In this document: positions 52,671 through 64,000 of the stretch, piece by piece | Position numbering within the stretch: position 1 is the first letter of the stretch | How the letters are laid out: each line of letters begins with the position of its first letter | NCBI GenBank assembly: GCA_002633005.1 | Contig: NMRA01000031.1 | Coordinates: forward strand, 1,551,428 to 1,615,427 | DNA: 64,000 nt | Origin: Phoronis australis | Lineage: Eukaryota > Animalia > Phoronida | Direction of reading: 5' to 3' | The notes under the pieces: model-generated | What the model was told of the DNA's origin: nothing | The model's database searches: none | Seen by the model: the letters and a program-made list of their open reading frames with translations, nothing else | Program-made: the position numbers and the translations under genes

Positions 52671-54325
52671 GGTCCATACGGTAGGTGATTTCTTTCATTT
52701 TAGGCAGGGATTCAAACTAGTGTGCATGGTCATCAATCCAATTCCAGGTTTGAAATTCCCTCTTGCTGTCATGCTCAACAAGTCTTCAGGGAAAGCGAAG
52801 TGCATGTTTAGTCCATGTAACACCAGCGGAGATCTACAAACGTTGAAGACCATGGTAGTACAGAAAATTATTGCAACCAGTAAATTAAGACAAGACGAAG
52901 TTTATAAAAACGTTATCTCTGAAACTGATACTCTCGCTCACGAATCGAGTTACTGTAGCTACATTTCGAATAGTACGACCGGTGAACAAAGAAAAAGAAA
53001 GCTAACGCAAACTGAGCCCGGTCCTTCCAAAATGTTGCCGAAGTGACAATGTTGTAATTTTATGTACAGGAGATACCGTCATTTGTGTAGGAATGAGCTG
53101 AAAGAGACGAAGAACCCAAAAAGATGAGTTCAGGTCAGACAATGTACAAATCACGACAGACATACCTAAATCACGTTCAAACAACACTTGGATAACACAT
53201 TTGATGCGAGAAATGGGACAGTGGCTTATGAACAAGCTGCTAGACTCTCTGGCGTATTTCATCTGCATGCTGCCGACGCACGGTGCCTCGTCCACGTTTG
53301 CGATGAATTTCTAGCTGTTCCCTTGTCAGGTAACATGACAACTAGTAACCAGCATCACATCCTACTTTAGCGACAGTCTGCCTTTAATCCACATCGATGG
53401 CTGTGAGAGCATGGTTGGATTTAAAGTAACCCTTAGGAATGTTATCAAGATAACGCTTAGACGCTTGTGAGGAAGATTTGCAAGGAAGTCAATGCAACAT
53501 CTAAGCCTGTCTACTACAACCTTAGCAACTACTCTGTCAAAAGGTCATCCAGAGCACCAGTACTAGTCTTCTAAATGTAACATCTGACCTCGTTCTTGGA
53601 GGCGATGTCCTCAAATTGTCATTGTCTCTAGCCCAATGCATTCAACAGCATATAGGTATCACACGCCGGTTGGGTGGAGGTGAAACCAGCAATAAGCTGG
53701 GAGCAACATGTTTGTCAATGGTCAGAGGAGCAACCAAAATGTGTGACGATGGGAGGGGCTCAACTCCCATGTGGCATACCCCATTGGTTTTTACCCGTTT
53801 AGCACTCCTCCCATGTAAACTCCTTGGGAGGGGGTCAACACCCATTTGGCGCCCACCTGGTTTTTGCCTGGTACCTCCTTAGGTGGCACCTGGGGGGAAT
53901 TCTCTCTGAATCCCCAAGAGCAATCATTCAAATTATGTAGTCCAGGGAGGTATGAACTGTTATAAGGAACGATAATTGACGTGTTAAGAACTCAAACATG
54001 AAGCAAAACCATGATGGATTTTGAAGGGAGCTTCAAGAGAATAAAAACAAATACACTTTAATATTGATTAAAATACACATTTTCGTTCTCATTCGATTAT
54101 AAGTGAATCTTAGTTTATGTATTTTAACCATTTTCAGTCACACAGTAATTTTATTGCACGTTGGATGTCATTAAAGTATGAATTTTTCAGTGTTTACATT
54201 TTTCGGACTGCGCTCCTAACTAAGTGTTGATTATTCACCGCTTGTTGCGCTAGTGTTTCGACCGGCAACTATTGCGGCGAATGGCGAAATTGCGGAGTGA
54301 ACTCTCCTACTCTACTACACTCCTT
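52671..54325 (+). mobile_element. Academ derivative: transposase N-terminal remnant plus 3' subterminal region and TIR
   Basis: H..YCSYIS and RLSGV..LHAADAR motifs (52770-53300); 53670-54325 is the reverse complement of 23085-23740. Confidence 0.75.
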
Positions 54326-54426
54326 GCTGTCATCATCCCCCGATTGATGTCGCAATTTTTCAGGTAATGGCGCGTGCACGTGTCACGAGTGTACAGTTTT
54401 CGAAACGACAGATTATTCATTACTTT

Positions 54427-56038
54427 TGACTTAATTCACGCGGCGGACATTAAAATCCAAAGCGAGTCAGACTCACTGCAATAAACAAAGCGGAAGTTTA
54501 CATTGCATGAGTTAAAGGGCCGGTCTTTCGAGTCCAACCTGGATATTAAATCTTAACAATATGTTGAAAATTAACCACAGAGACGTAAAAAAGTACATAA
54601 GAGAACAAGTCAATGCACCAAAAAGTTGTCTGACGAAAGGGCATGATTTTGTTCGAAAACTAGGTTAGAAACATGAAAAGTAAATATGACCAAAATGCTG
54701 AATGCAAGGTTGCGTTTCATCTTGTAAATTGTTGATAAAAATGCTTTCTACACAAACCAAGTCATCTGCTTGTATTGTTGACGAGTTGAAGATATACATG
54801 TATTCGACAGTGGTGGCTCTTTGCATTTTGCTGACATGTGCAATTAGTCACATCTGGTTTAACTTGTTGATCAAGAATATTTACATCAAGCATAGCCTAG
54901 GTCCTGATGAGGTAGGGAGTACCGGGACTAACAGTTGATTTGTTATTGATATGAAAGAACAACTGATGTTATTTAATATATTTTATTGGAATAAAAAACA
55001 GCCTCGTAATTGAAAATAAAAACAATTCGACCAATTTTAAATGTTGAAAAAAATTAAAAACGAGCACAGCCCCATAAATCGCTTCGGCAGTATATCCAGA
55101 TTTTCATTCACGTTCTTGCACACTTTCACAAGTACTTATTTGACCATCAGTTCTGCTTTCTTAGTTTTAATAATTCTTACGTCTACTTCATGTGTTACGT
55201 GTCAAATATCCAAGTTCCCATATTCAACGGACCAAGTTGAATTTTAAAATTAAAACACCTAATTCGTTCGTCTAAAGCATAACCTCGTTTTAGAGCTCAA
55301 TGTCAGTTAACGGGACAGAGCAAGCACAATTGCTATGTTTCTTGCGAGGGGAAAGGTGCCTGTGCCTTCTGACTGAGAGGGGAATTTTTTCGTCGAGTGA
55401 GTGAAAAGATCTTCTTCCCGGTCATCATCAACAGCACCCCCAACCTGTTGCAAGCTCTCCTAGGCTCTGTCTCAAGTAGCATTTTGTGCTCTTTTAAATT
55501 GTCACCTGTGTGGTTACAGGTGATTTGAACTTCGCGGGAGGGAACTTTTTAATCACTAGGGGAATTTTTAGGGCCTCGTGGGGGGAATTTCGGGGAATTT
55601 CCAATATTTTTCTAGAAGGGAATAGGGTCGATATTCGGTCCTAAAATCGAGGGATTGAGGGCCTTGACCTTTTTGGAAAGAAAAATGCATCATCTTTCAA
55701 CCCGCAGTCATGAAAACACAGCCTGGCTGGCCGAAGATTCTCCAGTCGTTGCTATGATGCTCGGCAACCTAGATGCGACAAAATATGATCTAACTTTTCG
55801 AAAACATTTATAAATTTTACAGGGACATATTTTCCTTCGTCGTGGCGTACATGTATGACAGCGATCCAACGCTTCCGAATTTCAACGTCCTCAGGTATTG
55901 TAAAACAGACAGTTGAGTGTCCGTATTTTTCTAGGCATTCGAGCGACGCGAAATGCAACCAGTATGCCGATAAGCCAACAGAGCTAGTATAGCGAGCCTC
56001 GTTTTGGAACGGTTCGCCTGTCGGCGTGAATTAGGTCT
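54427..56038 (-). mobile_element. THAP-bearing ISL2EU-like element, uninterrupted copy
   Basis: GACTTAATTCACGC / GCGTGAATTAGGTCT TIR; colinear with 26007-26146 plus 31076-32514; THAP-like ORF 55752-55958 (CFTIPEDVEIRKRWIAVI..DEGKY). Confidence 0.85.
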
Positions 56039-56561
56039 ATGTATATTGCTAGGTTTCGTTTAAATAAGCGAATCCCCGGTCTGTTATTATTGTTTTATTC
56101 CACAACGTCAAAGGGCGCACCCGGTGGTGAACCAAGTCCGTGACATACAGTATGGATGAAACGGCTGTACATTTTCTACTCAAGTTACCGGGTACGGTTT
56201 CTTTGGTTCCAAAAGGGATATTTGCCCAATATTACTAGACTTTGTAAGAAAGGCGGAGTATGAAAGAAAATGTCGTTAATTATATTGTTTTTCACTTAAA
56301 CTGCTGCAACGGACGAGGTGTATAACCGATGATCCCCAGATTTTCATACAACCCTGTCAGTCGTTAGTTCTATATGTCAATAGAAGTTTCACGACTACAG
56401 AGGTGACAAACAGAACTACCCTGGCTGTTTGAAATTTTAGGTTCTAACGGAGCTTAAAACACAGTGTTTATTTGCTTTATTTTGACTACAGTCTTCACAT
56501 AGGTGGCTGACTGGTTATACACAAGGTGGTAGGGTACCTAGCTATATTTTGAAGGTATTCT

Positions 56562-57551
56562 CAGTGGCGGATCTAGGATATCACAAGGGGGGCCCAACAT
56601 TTTCTACGGCTGTAAGCATTTACGCAAACCACGATTGTAGATGCGTATAGCACCGAATGGGGGGAGGTCGGGAGGGGGGTTTGCCCAGGAAATTTTTCTG
56701 TTTTTTCCTTTAAAAATCAAGCATTTTCCTTGATTCCTGAAGTATTTTCCAAGAAAAAAGGCAAAAAAAAAAACACGGAGAACGTGTCAAACAGGAAAAA
56801 CCGTGTTTACCACAGACTCGAGCTCACGACCTGTCGGATAGAGCGCGTGCTTAACCACTACACCACTTAACTACTTATAGATTGTTACTTGTTTATGGTC
56901 CACAGCGTTTGCGCTCGAAATCTACTTCTTTTTGTAATGCTTATTACACGTTTTATATTTTGTGCAATCGGTTCTTAACAAATTTGTTGTATTTAAAATA
57001 GTATTCAAATGCCCAAAAGACCAAATCCGTTTTTCGTGTTGGCAATAATGACGGGATTGCTTTGGAAATCGTCTTAAGTTAAGGTTTGACAAAGAGAGAA
57101 TTATGAGTTTCTGAGTGATTCACCACTTCACGATTAAAATTGATATCTTACCAGCAGTTTCTGTTTTTTCATCGTCACTCAGGTTCCATCTTCTTTAAAA
57201 AATGAAGTAAATTTTCTTCATTGCACAGTGGAGCAGACGACGGAAACGGAGTCGTAGTGCGCAGCGCCACTGCCGATCGCCTGGGATATCGCGGGAGAGC
57301 TTATACTTAGCCATAGTTCCGTTACGAATGCGCCGTGTTCCGAATTTGACACTTGAAATTAGATCTGAGCCCCCCCTCCTCCCCACAAACACTAAAACTG
57401 CACACATTTAAATCTTGTTTCATCCTTATAATTTTAATTACTGGGGTAAATTAATGAACTCAACATTTCCCTAAGTACGCTCTTGCTTTTTTATTTTTTT
57501 GCGGCAGCCAAGGGGGGGGGGGCATCCGGGCCCCCCATAAATCCGCCTATG
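56562..57551. mobile_element. 990-bp hAT-like non-autonomous element with 5-bp TSD
   Basis: CAGTGGCGGAT / ATCCGCCTATG termini, G/C-run subterminals, ATTCT on both sides (56557-61, 57552-56). Confidence 0.75.
56795..56876 (-). other. tRNA-derived/Pol III-like segment
   Basis: A-box-like TGGTGTAGTGG, degenerate B-box GAGCTCGAGTC, T5 run downstream; no full cloverleaf. Confidence 0.4.
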
Positions 57552-57882
57552 ATTCTTCATACAGCTAACTGGCAGGCTACACTGTGTGTTGAGCTCAGCT
57601 AGACCCCGTGCCCTGCCGGTTGCTGTACCTTGAGGTCACTGCTGCAAGTTCCGTTACAATCATGTTATACGGACATTTTTCAGAACAAAGGGAATTAACA
57701 CCACTCAAATTACACAATTAATGTCGTAAAATTTCATTAGTAACGAAATGTTATCATGCGAGTACGTAAAGACAAGTGTGTGATTCGTAAGTCGCGGCTA
57801 TCGACATCCGTATAGAGTGGGATACAAGACGAACTGTCAATTCTCCCTACTCTGTCTCCTGTTTCTGGACAAGTTCTATCTG

Positions 57883-58032
57883 CCTCCCGTTCGTTAACGC
57901 TAAGACCTCGCTAAAAAGCAAGACTTTGTGAGATTACGTGAGACATTGTCGTGTATTTTGAACGAGAACACGTGAGTTTGGCTAGATTTTAGCTTGGTCC
58001 AAGTGTAGGTCCTAGCGTTACTGAACGCACGC
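57883..58032. mobile_element. ~150-bp MITE family, copy 3
   Basis: Homologous to 425-575 (inverted); flanks CTG / TTG. Confidence 0.88.
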
Positions 58033-58148
58033 TTGGTCTCGCGTTTAGACGTGGTTTTCATACAACACGTAAGTGGTCTATTACCATAATGTCCAGTCTG
58101 TGACTGACATACATGTAGGAGTACGTTTTAGTTGATTCCAGTCTTTAA

Positions 58149-61100
58149 GTATCAGTCCACGGATCCACCGACCACTGTACAGCCAACAAGCGGCAAGGTG
58201 GGGGGTCAGCCATTCAGATCCATGTTTAGTCTGATCAATCACATTAGGGATGAGAGAAATTGGGTGAAGTATGACACCAAAAAGTTTGGTGGTGTAGGAG
58301 ATACGAGGGAAGTGTTCTGGGGGGCAAAATGAGGCAATTTCTTAGTGAGGAATGAGTCCTTTTTGACCAAATTTTCTACTCCAGTTTCTGCTTCGAACAG
58401 AATCATTTCTGAAATATTTGGATATCACATGATAGGTTCATGACCAATGTCAGTAAAAACGGCACCGACACTGCAATATCGGTTACCATGGTAACACTGG
58501 AACTGTTTCCCTGGAGGTACATTTCCTTCTTGTGAAAAACCAGAAGTAAGTTGTACCCTTATAGCGAAGCTGCCCCCGCAAGAAAACTAAAAATAATAAC
58601 ATGGACATGTAGAAGACTCCATGCCCTTGAAATTAATACAATAAAAACTTTGTCAGCCCTTCAGGCAGGCTTGGTAATAGGTGTCTGAATTTCACTATTT
58701 TCAGACCGCGTATGTGTATTTGTCATGTTAAACCAGTCACTAGTTGTGCGCCGTTTCTACGCATTAATATGCCGTGATATAATACAACAATTAAAAGAAT
58801 TGGTTTGCTTAAATGTTTTTAATTAATTTTAAGGACTCTAGCATTTCCCACTAAAATATGAAGTTATACTAAATTTGTTCATCCAACACATCTGAATACC
58901 AAACTAAAGCTTACAATGCGTTAGTTGAATGATGGCTGACCTAAAGTGCGGGTTTGCGAATTTATCTATTTATCTGGCACTGCCAGTCGCATCGAATGTG
59001 GTAGTTCTACAAATTGCGGAGAGAAACAACTTCGGAAACTCTTGGGAAATGCACAAGGTATAGATCGAGACATTTGAGCACCTTATAAGATTACCTGGAG
59101 CTAATGTGGAGGCGGAACGTGTCCTCCTGAGAAGTAGTCTGTCTCAGTGTCTGCCTCGGAGGCAGGTGTGCAGCAGGAGCTACATAATCTACCGTATTAG
59201 ATTCACTTGCCCGAATCATCGTTACAACACTCGAGATATATTGCTGTCGCCAAAGACACTGAGAACATCCACTGCACACTAGAGGAGAAATCTGATAGAG
59301 GTCTGAAAAATGACCAAAGACGTTTAGTCAAGGTTCAACGTCCTGCTTCGTGTGAGCTCAGGTAGGAATCACTAAACTCCAGGGTCTGACCCTGAGGAAT
59401 ATTTTTAGAAGCACGTCATTCATGAAAAAATACTTTTATTGTCACACCGTGATTGCTTATAACTTTGGCCTTATTGCTTTATCATATCTTATTCAAATGT
59501 GTTGATGTTTATGCAACTACATGTATACATTGGCATAGAAAATAGTTAGTCATCATAACTTTTCATAACAACCACCAAATGTGTAACATGACTTCTGCCC
59601 ATGAACTACTTTTAGAGACTAGGGAGTATGTTATGTCTGCCAATGAATTTCTGCGATTATGAAGTTGATTAAACATGCTAAAGCCGTCAAAAATATTGGT
59701 GCCTTCGCTTTAGCTTGGTATTCATATTTTCTGAGCCGAAATGGCCAAATTAAATTTAATATGTTTAATTTTTTCATTAATACAATTTTAGGAATCAGGA
59801 AAGGCTTATGCCGAAGAAGTGGCTCCTGCTGAAGTTGGAGACTTGCCAATTATTAGTAAAGGTTGGGTATGGAAAAGTTCACAAGCAGCAAGAAGGTACC
59901 CTTCTGGACAACTAAGTGAGGGGGCTAGAAAGAGGCCGTAAAGTCTACTCCCAGAAGATATGTCAAAGAGAATTTGTAGCTTGAGGAACGAGTCAGGGAA
60001 AAAAGTATTTGCCAAAGATTACTGGCTTATACCACTACAGGTCCAAAGTAATTTGTTGAGATAGGCCACTCTCAGGAAATGTGGGGAAACTGGGACAGAG
60101 GAAGTGGAGTATGCATTGAAAGAGGCAATATGCGATTGTCAAGGATGTAGCATTGTGAAAATTCAAAGGGAGGAAACAGTACAGTGGCTGGACCTGTAAA
60201 TACTCTGGCCGATCTGCTAAATCCAGTGGGGGCATTATTGTATCAGCACAGCTGTGTAGGGATGTAGGCTTGTGTGTTGTTGCAGGCTTTGTTTGCACCA
60301 GAACTGATTGTGTGAACAGCACAAATCTAAAATTTACCTAGTCTAAGACTGAATTTTTCTCCAGGCACGGATCATGATCCTGGGCCACATGGTAATGGTA
60401 CATTGTTCATTTTGTTTAGCCACTAGATTTTTTGGTCTGACAGGATTTCTCAGTGTGGCCATCACGTTTAGATGATTTCTGACCACTGTACTGTTCCTTT
60501 TCCTTGAAGATCCACAATTGATCTGAATTTATGTTTCCGCATTTTATTTACCATTATAGATCTTTGTTTGTAAATGGGAATATATTACTGAAATTTGAGA
60601 CCCTGTTGCAGTTAGGTTGGTTTTGTTAACTTATCTTTCTACCTGGGTTGTAAACCCATATTCTGTCCAGGAGGTAATAAGTTTTGATTTAGACCATTTA
60701 CCTCTATAAACTTTGCTCAGTTTGTTCCTTATCCAGATGGGAAGTGATTTCTGGAATTATAGCGAATTGACAGTTTGCTATTCCTTGAGACCATGCTGTG
60801 TGTATAAAATCACACACTATTAGTCTGGTCTCTAGCAATTGCATATTGCCAGATCTTTCAAAGTTCTGAAATTGCTCAAAAGTGACCTGGACGTAATACC
60901 TATTTCGTGATGGTAAAATGTCTAAATCAAAAGTTGTTTTTATGTGATTTTAGGCGAGTTTATGTCCACTTCAAATGATTTTTTGTTGCTGTACTGAAAA
61001 GTATTGGCACATTAGCTCTGGTGGCTCCTTGTTTTTTGGCGAATTGACCATATTATGGTTCCCATGGGTAATTTTGTTACTAGTCTAGTATGTATGTGCC

Positions 61101-64000
61101 ACTATAATCGTAGGGCAATTGTAATGCAAACCATGTTGCAAAAGTATTTTTTCATGACCATTTCATTGTAAAATGCTGCCTAATTGGAACCGACAAGACA
61201 ATTTTTCATTTTGTGGTGGTTAGTTTTGATTAGAACAGTGATGTGGTAAATACAGCTACCTCAAGATTGTATTGTCAGCGATATTGTGAAATCACTTTTT
61301 CGCAGTGAGACTACATCACCTTAAATGTAATTCCTTGGTTATTGGGCTTTGTGTGGTTGACTCTGTCCTGTAGCAATTAGAGTGTTGAAAAGGTCTAGAA
61401 GGCAATTTTTATTAGAGTCATAATATTTGCACTTTTGACTGTACTGTTATCTTTGCATTGTATTCCGAAAACATATTTTGTAGTACACATGTCTCTGGTT
61501 GGTATTTTATATTTTTTCACAAGGAATATTTTCAACTTAGATGAGTTGTCTGTGAGGAAGGCAATTTTCAAATAAGAACATGAATAAAATTGTCAAACAT
61601 TGTTTTATTTTTTAGATGTGTGATCTTCCAATAAATGATTACTTTTTAAAAATCTGTGCAGAATTTGATTTTTACTCTTCATATAAAGGAGAAATTGAAT
61701 AAATTCATAAACCTGCATTGTCTAGAAATTTTACTCAAAGTACATATTACAGGGTTGGGGATTGGAATCTTAATACAACAGAGTCTGAACCCGTACCATG
61801 AGCAATACAACACTATACACGGCTATAAAAATTTGGTATTTAGGTTCCACGGAAAGGATTCGTGTACGCGGTAATAGTTACTAAGGTGCGTGGTCATTGT
61901 TTGTGGATACTTTGGGATTCCTCTTCTGTGGTCATCCACGAGAAACCTGGGCCCGGTCTCCAATCTCCGTACTCAGACTCATACTCATACTCGAGATTTC
62001 ATACTCATAATCGTGCTCACTGGAGTCGTACTCAAAAAAGCGTATCTAATGTCGTATTTCGAGTAGACTCCAAACGTACTCAAATCTGACACTCATACTC
62101 GAGTTGCTATGGAACTCTTTATGATGTGAAATGCAAAATCACGCAAAGCCGCGCTGATTCATCGCTCCCTATTGGAATAGACCACCCCAAGAACTACGCC
62201 TACATTATCGTCTGCTGTCGCTACAACTACAACAGTATGTCTATAACGTGGAATTATGAGTGTTCTGTAACTGTTATTCAGTTTTTAGTTTCAATAAATA
62301 TTCTTATGCCATTTCTTTGATACATTTGACAATTATTAAGCTTCACTTCTTGAGTTCCTCACCCAGTCCCGAAAGCGTCTTTTAAAAGAAATTTGTAACA
62401 GCTTATCACATCACATCTCTGTTGCTAATTTAGTCTTGACTTAAAACCCATTGCTGTGTAGGCCTACGCTGATGTCAAACTTTGGTACTGTATCTTTGTA
62501 TTTTACCGGGATGTATCAAGTGAGTTGACATTTGGCACGTGAGTTAAAAAACAATACTTGTGCAGGCATTCAGAGTTCACCAGTGGCAGTGAACGGGACG
62601 AGACGTCTACTTAGAAATCGGCAAACAAAATCTGGAATTCCATTTGGGGATTGAGGAATTATAGATGACTAAGTTATGATGAGAAATGTACCTGACAGGG
62701 AAGCGAACTTTTTTTAACTTCCCTCCCCTCCTCGTCTTTTGGAAACCCTACAAAACGTAGGCACACATACCGAAATAAGGGCAGCACAAACTTCTCACAC
62801 GACTTTTCCCACAACTGCTTTCGACGCTTGTTATGACTCGCCGACAAGGGATTACAATGCGCCTGTTGCCAGGAATTGTAGAGGTAGAATGGCGGCCATA
62901 ACATACAGTGATACGGCGGGTTAATAAGGTGAAGAATAAGAAGATTTAAGATGAAAACTATTATCTCTGAACTGAAATTGAAGTGCTGAGATACGGTAAG
63001 AGGACTTATTTTTTTAGATTTGCTGTGTTTCTTGGTTCCCTTTCGATATTTTGTTCTCTGGCTCGTATTTATTTTCGAGTACGATTTCAAGCACACTGCC
63101 ATAGCAAACTTGAAATTTGAGCATAGACTCCGAATTTTTACTCAAAATCGTACTTGAAATATAGATGAGATACACTTCAGTTCGAGTACACTCGAAAACT
63201 GAGTACGTGCTCGAAATTTCGAGTACAGATTTTTCGAGTATGACATTGAATACACCAAAGCTGAGTCTGTACTCGAGTTGAGTATGAAGTGTGAGTTTGA
63301 GCATGATTAGAGTCTGAGTACGGAGATTGGAGACCGGACCCAGGTCGCATAGAGAACAATAGATTAGCATCTTCATTGTTATAATAAAGATATAATGACG
63401 AGCACTTATCGGCAACGGTCTGATGTACGCAAGATTCTATATCCATGCGACCTGTGTTGTTATATCCAACAATGACACAACAAAGGAAAACAGTGATAGG
63501 ACCCATAGGCGAAAAACATGCGACGAGTTGCCTTGGACAGTGGTGGAGTTTGTCTTGTCATTCGAATGTTTTTAGAGAACTGCAAACCCGGTATTTCGTC
63601 AGGAAAATTTCTGCCGTCTTTTGTGTTAAGTCGTGGGAAAACTTGCAGTCATGCCACCAAACTTATCATTCATTTGATATTACAATGCATTGCATGAACA
63701 TTTGATCAACAGAAAATCTGACTTGAATATGTGTGAAGAAATACCCATGAGGAAATTGCAAAGTAAAACGACTGTAAATCAAAATAACCTACAATTGTCG
63801 AGTTCATGTCTAACCCTGTTCACTGTGGAGGACATAATCGGATTTTTTACAAAATGGAGCCATGTATGGTATTTAGGGGTACTATAGCCCAATGTGATCA
63901 GTAGTAAAACGTTCAAAACATTCTGGAGGAACTAACTTGTTGCAAAATATCGAAAAATATGAAGGACAATCGGATTTTACGGTGCTCACGCATCGATCTC
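58149..64000 (+). mobile_element. TTAA element copy 2 (runs off the right edge)
   Basis: TTAA at 58145-48 then GTATCAGTCCACGG; high colinear identity with 26147-~30550; unrelated upstream flank. Confidence 0.9.
61950..63340. mobile_element. 1.39-kb Harbinger/NuwaI-type non-autonomous element
   Basis: GGCCCGGTCTCCAATCTCCGTACTCAGACTC TIR; flanks CTG / CAG; empty site GAAACCTGGTTGCATAG at ~29900; same termini as 34997-35396. Confidence 0.92.

Larger units (their letters stand above)
54330..57579 (+). mobile_element. Truncated relative of the 780-2589 element, split by two insertions
   Basis: ATGGCGCGTGC..AAACGACA, GAAAATG..TTTTCACTTAAA, TATTTTGACTACAGT and terminal TTCATACAGCTA.CTGGC.GGCTA shared with 780-2589. 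Confidence 0.6.

Noticed and set aside
62674-63506. 109-142-aa minus-strand ORFs
   Set aside because: They lie in or straddle a non-autonomous element, have no recognisable domain, and are absent from the empty-site copy

Overview
AT-rich eukaryotic (metazoan, probably marine invertebrate) genomic DNA, dominated by decayed and nested transposable elements. No prokaryotic operons, CRISPR arrays or rRNA were seen. Main content: (i) three phase-compatible exons from the 3' part of an unidentified spliced gene (3.7-7.3 kb, +). (ii) A tandem segmental duplication of about 7 kb (~19.1-26.0 kb and ~34.4-41.8 kb). Each copy carries an intact exon encoding a multi-pass membrane protein of ~260 aa; the two are ~75% identical, with changes concentrated in the hydrophobic helices. 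(iii) A dense cluster of Academ-type DNA transposons and derivatives (TAG..CTA ends, 3-bp TSDs; DDE, XPG-like and Cys-rich remnants). (iv) A three-level nest: Academ remnant < AT-TSD THAP element < 4.9-kb TTAA element, with the matching empty sites inside the window. (v) CWG-TSD, hAT-like and Kolobok-like MITEs, a decayed CR1/L2-group LINE, an L1/Tx1 fragment, and 32-bp and 21-bp tandem arrays. Element boundaries were read by eye. Superfamily and protein-family names come from recalled motifs, not database searches.
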